From Azolla caroliniana (lineage: Eukaryota > Plantae > Polypodiophyta): a stretch of 64,000 bases of DNA. This document shows positions 54,176 to 64,000 of the stretch, piece by piece. The notes under the pieces are model-generated. The model saw nothing but the letters and a program-made list of their open reading frames with translations, did no database searches and was not told the origin of the DNA. Position 1 is the stretch's first letter, and each line of letters begins with the position of its first letter. The stretch covers positions 23,002,001 to 23,066,000 of the forward strand of contig JBHGNT010000003.1 in NCBI GenBank assembly GCA_043228905.1. Reading direction: 5' to 3'. The translations under genes and the position numbers were made by a program.

Positions 54176-56671
54176 TCATGTCGCTAATCCAATAATTGAC
54201 TCAAAGTCAACCATTTTTATATCTGTCAAATCATATGCAAATAATCTACTCCCTTTAATCTTCCTATACCAACCAAGTTGTAATTGAACATCTTCAAGTC
54301 TATCCATCAAGTCAATTCCTCTCTTGTACTCCAAAAATTTATTTCCAATCTTTTTTCGCATCCTTTGTACTCGTCCTAAGTACCAAACAACATTTTCATT
54401 TGATATTCCTTTTCTTTTGGGTCTTGTTGAATTAACATCTTCTTCAATAAAGAATACAACACAATCTGAACCAATCCCAATTAGGTTCCCATTTCCATTT
54501 AGGAAATTATTTGCATTCTCACATGAGTAGAAGACCCCTTCTCTTACACGTGTGAGTCTATCCTTTGACAATGTTGGATTACCATTTAGATGACACACAA
54601 GTGTTGATTTAAATATAATCTTATCATCCACTTGAACAAATGAAGGGACTTTAGAGTTCACATTGTTGTCATCCAATATAGCATCCAATTCATGGCGAAT
54701 TTCCCTTATTGCAATCTCATCGTCAATTTCCACACATTCATGCATTGCTAAGTTTTTATTGTGTTCAACACATTGTTCATCATCTTTCTCTCCATATATA
54801 AAACTCAAGGACTGTTTTGTCTCAATCCCGGGATAATTCCACCATTGCCTATTGTGTTTAGGCTTCATATTTAACGGCTCACATAAAATTTGGGCTTCTT
54901 TTAAACCTTCTTTAAGTGCAAAAACAAGTTGATCATCATTTGAGATATCAATGTAGTCTTGTAAGTTTGCAAGAGGCTTGCCATGCATGAAATTGAGTTT
55001 AGACCATATTGATTCTTGCTTCTTATGAGCTCTTGGAAAAACCAATCCACTATCACTACACTCAAATTTGGCAAGCTTGTTTACATTTCCACTACAATGC
55101 AAAACATCTGATATATCAAATGCACACTCCATACCAATCATTCCCCCTATTTTACTAAAAAATATCTCAGCTCCATCAGACCCTGTGAGATGCAATGGAC
55201 ATTCTAGTTGTGGATAAAAGTCACGAAACATTTTTATAAGTAAAACTACAAAGTGACAAGATATTTGTACATCCAAAAATGTTTCCCGACTAATGAAATT
55301 ACTTTTTAAATTATAAATTGGATTATTTAGAATCCATAATCTCCATATTTGAAAGAAGAATGCCACTTTAGATGCAAGTACCACACGCGTGAATAAGCTC
55401 TCATGAGGGGATAGAAAAATATCTATATAGTCACCTAATATATGCAAGTATACATGTGTTCCCAAAGCACCTCTTTCTCTGACTTTGACATCTTCTCCAC
55501 CTTGGTATAACATCTTTAAACAATTAGTAACATTTCTACTTGCAATTCTTTGGGCTCCGGCCCAATTTTGTCTATTGTCTCTCTTAATATCACATTCCCT
55601 TAAGCCATGTACATCTATAGAGAAGTTATTATATACCAATGACACATGATTCAATGTGATCCATACATCTCCGATTACTAATTGTCTTGAGGGATTATGT
55701 AGTTCATTCACAAGTTTCTTTCCATTATGGATGAAATCTTGATCATGAAGACAACTTACCATATCATTATGCATTTGACATGTGAAGATCCAACCATCCC
55801 AAGGCAATTTATATCTTAAGCATATGCTTGCGGTTAAGTAATCTTGAAGCATAATCTTTCTTCTCCTACTATCTCCATCTAATGCATGTCCAACAATTGG
55901 CCCAATACTTGTGGAGAGGTGTTTTTCCCATAGAGTTTCCACTTCATTCCATTGGCATTTTACAAAATCTACATCAAAGCAATTACATGTACATTGTACA
56001 ACCAATACTAATCGTGGAAGTTTAGGGTGAAGAGGATTCACAATTAACACCCTAGCACAGTGTCCAACCACATAGTCTTTAAAGGAGCTCACAATGGTTT
56101 CATAACCAACATTAGAGTCACCCAACTTTATCATACATGATGAGACACATTGATGATTGGATGACTTCAGCCCACAAAAACCCAAAAGTAAATCATTTGA
56201 GCTATCCCACTTAACATTCCGCTTAATCACAGTCTCATCCTCAACAATAATGAAAGGAACCTTTGTTATAATGCCATGCACTCTTTTTTCATTTTCATAA
56301 ATCTTAGCCACATCTTGGTATATATATTCATGGATCCCTAGAAGGAATTTAGTTGTCTTCCTCTCAACTCTCTTTGTAGTGCTTAATGATGGTCCATCTA
56401 AATTTTTAGAAACAAAGTCGTGTAATCTTGGTCCAGCCCACATTTTTATCATGACGAAAATTGCCTTAGATGTGTCTTTACATCGTTGTCTGTGTGGCTT
56501 TCGAGTAAGGTTTTGTGCAACATTTGTCAAGAAATCCCATAGTGCATTCTTTCCACCAAATTTTCCAGCTCGATGAACCTCAATAATGTTATTACAAAAT
56601 CTTCGAACATCCTTCCATTCCACACTCTCAAGGGATGCTTCCTTAAGAGTCATTACCTTTACCGAAAGCAT
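54176..56671 (-). CDS. P-element/THAP9-like DDE transposase, copy C (831-aa open frame; no THAP domain)
   Basis: GPRLHDFV..GPSLSTTKR (HTH-like); EDETVIKRNVKWD..D..LGFCG (D145); LDGDSRRR (D265); QDFIHNGKKLVN (DxxH); RQNWAGAQRIAS; GSDGAEIFFSKI (E502). Confidence 0.8.
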   Translation of the reverse strand: MLSVKVMTLKEASLESVEWKDVRRFCNNIIEVHRAGKFGGKNALWDFLTNVAQNLTRKPHRQRCKDTSKAIFVMIKMWAGPRLHDFVSKNLDGPSLSTTKRVERKTTKFLLGIHEYIYQDVAKIYENEKRVHGIITKVPFIIVEDETVIKRNVKWDSSNDLLLGFCGLKSSNHQCVSSCMIKLGDSNVGYETIVSSFKDYVVGHCARVLIVNPLHPKLPRLVLVVQCTCNCFDVDFVKCQWNEVETLWEKHLSTSIGPIVGHALDGDSRRRKIMLQDYLTASICLRYKLPWDGWIFTCQMHNDMVSCLHDQDFIHNGKKLVNELHNPSRQLVIGDVWITLNHVSLVYNNFSIDVHGLRECDIKRDNRQNWAGAQRIASRNVTNCLKMLYQGGEDVKVRERGALGTHVYLHILGDYIDIFLSPHESLFTRVVLASKVAFFFQIWRLWILNNPIYNLKSNFISRETFLDVQISCHFVVLLIKMFRDFYPQLECPLHLTGSDGAEIFFSKIGGMIGMECAFDISDVLHCSGNVNKLAKFECSDSGLVFPRAHKKQESIWSKLNFMHGKPLANLQDYIDISNDDQLVFALKEGLKEAQILCEPLNMKPKHNRQWWNYPGIETKQSLSFIYGEKDDEQCVEHNKNLAMHECVEIDDEIAIREIRHELDAILDDNNVNSKVPSFVQVDDKIIFKSTLVCHLNGNPTLSKDRLTRVREGVFYSCENANNFLNGNGNLIGIGSDCVVFFIEEDVNSTRPKRKGISNENVVWYLGRVQRMRKKIGNKFLEYKRGIDLMDRLEDVQLQLGWYRKIKGSRLFAYDLTDIKMVDFESIIGLAT

Positions 56672-56855
56672 TGCAACTTTGCAAGCTAGCCACCATATTT
56701 TTCTATGAGCACAACGGATAGTTTGCTTAGAACTTGGAAATTCCTTTCTTGTCTCTTCTTGAGTAAGATAATCTAGTCACCTATCCTCCCCAGTTCCTCG
56801 ATTACCTCTTTTGACTTTAGCCCTACGCTCCCTATACACCCTCATACGGAAATCA

Positions 56856-57155
56856 TTACATTTTGGAAATCTTTCGTAGGTTTTCCCAGGCCTCCTTCGG
56901 CGTCTTTGCATCCTTGATGTAGTCGAGCATCTGGTCGTGCACACATGACGCAAGGTAGTACAATACTCGGCTCACTCCTTGCTCCCATACTAGGAAATCC
57001 TTGTGTGACGGCTCCGGCGCTACTTCATTTGTTCCTTCTAGGAAGCTCCAATATCCATGCCCCAACAAGTACTGGTGCATTTTATACGACCAAGATGCGT
57101 ATTTGCTCTGGTCGAGCTTCTCTGTTAGAAGTGAACTCGACATTCCTCTGTCCAT
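56856..57155 (-). mobile_element. Copia gag N-terminal fragment abutting the transposase, copy C
   Basis: Same 99-aa gag peptide as copy B. Confidence 0.9.
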
Positions 57156-57869
57156 ATCTTCTCTCTGTCTATTGTTACCGGGTATTAGGTTTTTGTCTTC
57201 GAACACAAATGTCGGCTCAATGAGAGTTAAGAAAGTGCTTAAGAAGAAGTTGTTGAATTGAACTGCACAGATGTTGAACATTCTCCTCCATGAACCGGGG
57301 TGGAACTTAATACCTCCATATATAAATTCTTTTGGGAGCTATTCGTTTAGGTATCAAAACTAGACTTGTCCATCTCTTGTGAAAATTCACATATAACTTC
57401 ATCTTTTGGAGAACGTAAAGGATCCACTTGGACAATCTTTAACTATTCCATTAGTTACAAACGGGAAAACTATGAACAAGAGGTGAAGAAATTGAATAGA
57501 AGACCCACACGTGTTGATAAACAACATAAGGAATAGATGAGTCATACGAACAATCACTCATCTTTTATACAGATCGTGTTGCACATATTAGTTAAAACAC
57601 AATCAACACTAGAACGAGGCAATGTGAAACAACACCATCAATGATCATTGACACAATTGGAGACTAGCAAAGAGGAGTTGTGATCAACAATGGACATCAA
57701 TGATAAACAATAGTTTGTGCAAGTAGAATAAACAAAAGGTTGATGGTACATGATAGTTAGCAACATTTATGGTTACCAGTGATGGATGGGGTAGTGCACA
57801 TATTGATAACTAGCAACAGTGGTTCAAGACAGATAGAAGCTATCAGAAAAGGTAAGAGAAGAACAAAAT

Positions 57870-60800
57870 TACAATTCCTTTACAGTAGTAGAAAAGACAA
57901 AAAGAGAATGAAAACTAGCTTTTTCTTTTTTCAATAAACCTATTTCTTTTGTAAATAGAGTTGTATTAATTTTGGAAAGAAAACTACAAACAACTCGAAG
58001 ATAGAGGGACCTTTGGATCGTAATTGATATTCTGTAGACTTTGAGAAGTGGTGTTATGGAAAGACCAACACAAAAGACAAAAATGATGCCTTGCCAACAA
58101 CACATTTTTTTTGGATCACCTTAGGCAATAATATCCTTGAGGATTCCAACAAAGTAATGTTCCTTTCAATTGCCTAATATATCTTTGCACCCCAATTTGT
58201 ATCACTAGAATTTTGTAATACATGCCCTAACCCCTAATACATCAAGAACTTAAAAACTATTCGAATATGTAAAAAAGGAAATCTAAATTAGAATGAATAT
58301 CTAAAACCCCAATGGGAGAAACTCACACTACAAAACCATATGTCCAAATAGATAGCATCAGGGGGGAAAATAAAGTGATGCCTAGTACGTTCTAGTGACA
58401 TTGTGCATAACAAACACATTTCACCAACAATATTTTGCTTTCTTAGGGCACTTCTTAAGAGTAAATCCCCCAATCTTAAATCTCGATATAAATACCTAAG
58501 CTCTAAAGTGACGATGAGACTATCACCCTATATTTAACACTAGTTGTGGGCTTTATATGTCCCCATTCTCCAAAAAAAAAAAAACTACTTCCATTACTTA
58601 AGGCAATGTACATAGGATAATATACAACTCATATCTTACATGCCAACTTGTATGTCGAAAAGAAAACATGTGTAAAGGAAACAACAAAAAAACTCCAAAA
58701 CACCACATCATTCGATGAGCATAGCATTAGTCGACTGCATACCCTCAACCTGAGCCTCATACAACCCGAATTCAGCAGAGACATTCCTCCACTCTCTTCT
58801 CATGGCAACACCCATCTATATGTTAGGTACACTCGGAGGGAACATATGTTGCTTGTATAGCAGTACAATGACTTTATAATTTAGAACACAAGTAAATGAG
58901 ATCGAATCTCCTCACAACTTTCCAAAGTGCAATCATTCCCCATGGTCAAGCTTTTTACTAAAGTTTCACATATGGGATTTCATATGGGCATCTAGCTAAG
59001 CCTTTGTATACATGTACACTTCTCATGTTGGGACTACCTTATTCTTGAAAAATGTGTAGGCCTAAAATTTCACTAAAGAGGACTCCTGAGTCTCATCTTC
59101 CTTATAACCCAATGTCTACTCATTCGCTTGTGAATGTGTGTCCATACATATTCGTAGAGAGCGTTTACCATTTCTTGAAGCCATAATAGCATTAAGTACA
59201 TGACACATGTTATTCCCTCGACTTGAATTGTATTAACAATAAAAATTGAAGGTAGTCAAGTCATGAATTCCATTTCAAAAGCAAAAATTCATAAAAGGTG
59301 TTCTTTTATAAAACATACATATATATATATATATCAAGTCTTCTTTTCAAGAAGCTAAATTTTATATAGGCCATCTTTGTGAAGCCAAAAGCTTCTGGTT
59401 TGTGTTCATTTAGCTTATTTCTTGTTGTAGACATTTGTGGCCAATAATTGATTGAGGACCACATTATCATCATTACATTTTATGAAACACACTATGTGCC
59501 TGGATAGTGCCTACAAAGGACAATCTTAGTACAAAGACAATTGGGTAAGTATAACCTTGATTTCATATGTGTTTGAGATTAAAAAATACCAATGTAACTC
59601 ATGTGAATTGCCTACGCAAAATGGACAAAAAGTGAACTAATGATAAATGGCATATCATCATCAACTTATTTCTTTAAAGAAATAAGGCATTACCATGGTT
59701 GCTAACTTTATTATCCGACTCATAATGGATAATAAGATGGGGTTGTATTTTCCATCACTTATGTGACTCCTAAAAACATGCATAGTATCTTGCCACAATT
59801 ATCAATTGAAGCTCTCATCCACTGCTATTGAGTTTTTGTGGGGATTGATATTGAGTCACTTAATGTTTTCTCCTTACCTTGAAGATCAAAGTTTTAATGC
59901 ATATAAAGTCAAAGTATTAGTAGCCCCCATATAAAGAGAATTTAGTTGGCGATTAGGGAGAAGGGGAGATTTTGTAATCATGAGTTGGGAAAATTGAAAC
60001 CTTGGTTTGTCTCTTCCTATCAATCTATACAAGTTAGTGAATGGCAATGTGGTCTCGTTGTAGCTAGGGGATGGAGGTGCAACAACATGGCATTTATTGT
60101 GTTCCTTGGTCATGCTTGTCTTCACTTGTTCACTTCAATGGAACTAGTGAAATCAAATATGAAATGGGGAGCACCAATGTGGTTATTTGGAAACTTGTGT
60201 TCAATCACACTAGATATAGTCATCCTTTTAAACAAGATGTTGAGTGTGACACATCGAATATAACTTCCATAAGTTTATGCAAACGGAGGATTCCATTGCT
60301 TAATTCTTTTCTTTTAATATTTGCTTGTTGGGGGGGCATGGGAGCAATATTGATATCCATCAAAACTATGATTGAAAGGGGGGATAAGAGGTTGCAAGAG
60401 TTGCACTTGAACATGAAATAACATATGGTAAGCCCAATATCAAGATAGGTGAAAGTTGTGTGAGTGTACATATTATTGTTGGTCTGGAACCAAGGATTGA
60501 CATAATTGGGGCTACATAGAAATGAGGGTAGAAGCCAAATGCTTTTAGTAAGGTCTTGTTAGCATATAACATGCATTCGAGTGGAGTGAGAACAGGATAC
60601 CTTTTTATTACGATATTGTGTTTAAGATACAATTCTACTCTAGTATGAATCATGTGTCTTTGGCAATACTGGTGTCAATATAGTACCTTCTCAGTAAGAA
60701 GACAACAAACCAGACAAAAGGTACATGTTAGATTCTACATGGCCACACTAGTTGTCTTGACAAGGACATATGTTTACAAATGAGGAGGGCTTCTACAAAA

Positions 60801-61270
60801 ACTTACCACCGGAGATGAAGATGGGATTCATGAGTAATCAAATGACTAATGCTCCAATATACCATCAATGAATCCTTGCTTGAATACTACTAAAATCAAG
60901 AAAGTGTATTGAAATATTTTCTTGTTTGTTGGAGATTGATTAATTATTTGTCCTCTAATGTTTATTCTCTAGAGAGTGAGGGATAATGAAATGGCACAAC
61001 ATAAGGCAACTTTATTGGATCTTACTAGTATGAACTTGTGTGAGAGAATAGCCAAACACTTGATCAACAATACAATCACAAAAACTAAATTAGTTTGTTT
61101 TCACACTACAAGGTAGGAAACACACCATGGTCCATAACTATTTAAAATCCTTTCCACGCACCATAATACATTTCACAAGGATTGACTTAGGAAATGAAAT
61201 ATTTTTTCTTGCCTTTATTTACCTTTTTACATATTCTTTCTCATCTCGTTCTACTTGAATAACCAATAAA
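57870..61270 (-). mobile_element. Degenerate LINE remnant, copy C; boundaries approximate
   Basis: Homologous to copies A and B. Confidence 0.5.
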
Positions 61271-61746
61271 AAAAAAGTGACATTTCTTCTATTTTGAAAA
61301 AAACCAATCTAGGATACTCCCTAGAGACATGATATGTAGTGGGGCCAAAGGTAAATTGAGAAGTAGAGTTCTTCTTTCCATTTTCCTTTGCCTAATGTGA
61401 ATGGATATTTTGATATGCGATAATTTTCTTATCAAGCAAAGTTTTAAAAAAAAAATCCATGCATAAAAAAACCATATGTAAAGTTGTATCAATCTAAAGT
61501 TGTGTTACTTTCTATGCCAGTAATAATGATAGCATTAGGCGTGTACAAAAATGGTATCAAGACATGTATGCCATTGTGAGAACATTGGCAAATGTCTTAT
61601 CAAAATTAGTTGGATATTTCCTTATCTTCACTATGAAAGAAATACCCGTCTCTCTTGTCTAACTCTTTTTGAGTAAGTTATGCTCCATCCATAATCTTAT
61701 TTATTTACCCCATTTACATCACATTTGGGCAAATGGATGAGGTGAT

Positions 61747-61749
<3 letters not shown>

Positions 61750-61832
<83 letters not shown>
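61750..61832. repeat. Expanded (GA)n microsatellite
   Basis: Direct reading; longer than in copies A and B. Confidence 0.92.
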
Positions 61833-61836
<4 letters not shown>

Positions 61837-62428
61837 CGAAGTTCAACATGGGGTAAAATGTTAGGAACACTACAAAAAAGGCAAAGCAAATTGGAGTGTT
61901 TGGGGGGAGGGGAGCAAGGGACAAAAAATGCCAGAGACAAAGGGTACCAAGACAAAAGTGTGCCAAAAACAAAAGCATGTCAATACAAGATAAGTCAAAG
62001 AGAAGAGAGAAAACAAAAGAAAGTAAAGAAGGAATAAGATAGATAGATACCTTATAGAAAGGGGGGGTTGCAAAAAAGAAAGAAAACAAATAGAAAAAGG
62101 TCATAAGTCTATATATCTCTATAGGCTAAGAAGAGGATGACTAAAGGTAAAGAAAGAGTTCACAACCTAATTAATAAAATCAAAAGCTTCTTTCTCTTTT
62201 GTGGAGTTCACAACCCATGAGTGCCAATGATGACAAGACGAAGTGTGGAAAGGGAAAAAAAGAACAAGAAGACCCAAAAGGCATGTTACATGGGCCTACT
62301 TACACCATGTCCACATACATACAAATACACCATGTGGCCATGTCCATGCATGGGGACAAAATGAGCGCGATATGGATATGGATTACATCCATGCCAAAGA
62401 TCGTGTGCGTCATTTATGTAACCCTCTC

Positions 62429-62902
62429 GCTCTGATACCATGTGAAAGCTTAGATGTGGAAGCGTTAGACAGTCGGATAACGAAAGAGAGTAAGAAAATA
62501 AGAGTGAAAGCTCAACACAGAGAATATACGCGGGAGAGACAGAGAATGAGCAGAACGTAGAAGTCTATTTCAAATATAATATCAATCCATTGTTACTCTG
62601 TATATACAATGTGCTCAACAACACTATTTATACAAGTCCTTGAAGGATTGACATAAGTACGGTGTACTTCAATGCTCACAGGAGCGTTTGACACTAACTA
62701 TGAGACTATTTTTACCTAGTAGTCTAGGCTACTACTAGGGTTCTGTTTACTGCTTGAGTTTGGCTCACCGGCTCCCCAGCTGATCGGCTCACTCGCTCAC
62801 CAGCTGGCCAATCCGTCTCATCCTTCTAGATGCTGATTCGGCTCAGGCTTATTTAGCCGATTCGGATCCGGTTGAGCTTGCCGCCCAACACTCCCCCTCA
62901 AG
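62429..62902 (-). mobile_element. Complete copia LTR (62441-62890) with PPT on one side and PBS on the other
   Basis: gctctgatacca|tgtgaaag...gcccaaca|ctccccctcaag. Confidence 0.88.
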
Positions 62903-62949
62903 CTCAACTTCAGGTCGGATCGTGGTGTTAGCGTCTGTGGCAGCTGGTT

Positions 62950-63026
62950 CTTACCTCAAGGTGCAACGAACTCGGTGGCTCATATGATGCATGCCATGAA
63001 CAAAGTCTTGAAGGATTGCATCCCGG
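62950..63026 (+). mobile_element. Short gypsy RT fragment (also at ~25280-25355)
   Basis: LPQGATNSVAHMMHAMNKVLKDCIP. Confidence 0.75.
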
Positions 63027-63035
63027 GAAACATGA

Positions 63036-64000
63036 TGTCGTGAAGATTCGTCACTATGTGCGGATCGTGAGGCAAAAGCACCGGGGTCCTGGACCGGAAG
63101 GATTTTGAAGTTTGCACTAGCTTTAGCGAGAAAGTATTTAAGATAGATTGAGAGAGATTGATATGGCGAGAGAAAGATTTAGATGGAGAGAGAGAGAGAG
63201 AGAGATTAAGATTGAACCCTTGACTTTAGATTTGAGAAATAAGATTAATACATCATCAAATGGGATAACGAATTTTCTTTTCTATTAATTTCTTAATCCA
63301 TACATAGCTCCCTTCTTCTTTTCCATCCACTATTTTATAGATGCCCTCATGCATATGATGCATGTAAGGGTGCAAGACATGCATGTTTGCAATTTGGCAC
63401 TCATGCATTACATGTGATGCATGATAAACATGTCACTCATTCAAGCTCTCATGTATAAGAATTTACTTGTAAACACAATGATAAAAATATAATTCTTGAA
63501 GAAATGAATTGGTTTAGTGGTAAGTTTATTGCCTTTCCTCTTGGAGGTGCAAGGATCAAGCCTTGCTTACATACATCCCTTTGTATACAAATTTTTACTA
63601 GGTTTCTTGTATACACATTTTTACTAGGTTTCTTACTCTAGATAATTTTGTTCGTTTCACACCGAAATCATCGCGATCAACCTATCCGGTCCCGGTTTCG
63701 TCGTCGTCCGGCGGTCCAGTTCCGTCCAAAACCAATTAGAACAACTACTTATATATTCTTGAATCCTGTTGTTGTCCTATCTATGTGGGATATCCCACAG
63801 TTTATTTTCCTCTTCTTCTCAAACTTTACACTCACATAACTTGACATTAAGTTGTCCGTTTCACACGTATTAAATGCATTAGGAAGCTCTTGAAGACATC
63901 TATCTTTTCGTATCAAGATATTAAACTAATATAAAATTGTATCTTCATTATTATTGTTTCATATTGTGTGTGAAGAACCACACTCGATTTTGTACATTCC
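63036..64000 (-). mobile_element. Gypsy LTR, copy C (runs off the window)
   Basis: Starts TGTCGTGAAG; near-identical to 25364-26420. Confidence 0.85.

Noticed and set aside
54176-56671. Assignment of the ORF to Mutator/Kolobok (because of DGDS) or to hAT/CACTA
   Set aside because: The surrounding DETxIK..WD..D..GF, DxxH..K..N and SDxxExFF motifs follow the P/THAP9 pattern, and I saw no motifs typical of the other superfamilies
93-63839. Many 60-150-aa ORFs recurring in triplicate (e.g. MKTSMTKE, MWKGKKRT, MAHNNDYP)
   Set aside because: They are shadow ORFs in repeats, antisense to TE genes or spanning microsatellites; recurrence is explained by the duplication
1435-64000. Repeated blocks as an assembly artefact
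   Set aside because: Copies differ by many substitutions, private deletions and microsatellite lengths; artefact is unlikely but not excluded without reads
1-64000. CRISPR arrays, rRNA, true tRNA genes, prokaryotic operons
   Set aside because: No repeat-spacer arrays, cloverleafs or rRNA-like sequence seen; spliced gene and LTR/LINE content indicate plant nuclear DNA

Overview
Repeat-dense plant nuclear DNA. The copia gag type and the SABATH and BLE2-like genes point to a land plant, probably a fern or other seed-free plant (inference). There is one intact host gene, a 3-exon SABATH carboxyl methyltransferase (51597-53113, +). The rest is BLE2/ARM-like gene remnants, nested Ty1/copia, Ty3/gypsy and LINE fragments, and a Mutator-type MITE. 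The window is built from three diverged tandem copies of one composite block: A ~1.4-9.0 kb, B ~11.9-27.4 kb, C ~44.1->64 kb. The main finding is the long minus-strand ORF in each copy (831 aa open in C, 771 aa in B, truncated in A). It carries the motifs of a P-element/THAP9-type DDE transposase in the expected order, a superfamily not normally listed among land-plant transposons. Its N-terminus is replaced by a copia gag fragment. Copy B has lost the SABATH gene through a 3237-bp deletion that shares its breakpoint with a 283-bp tandem duplication. All family assignments come from motif recognition by eye; no searches were run.
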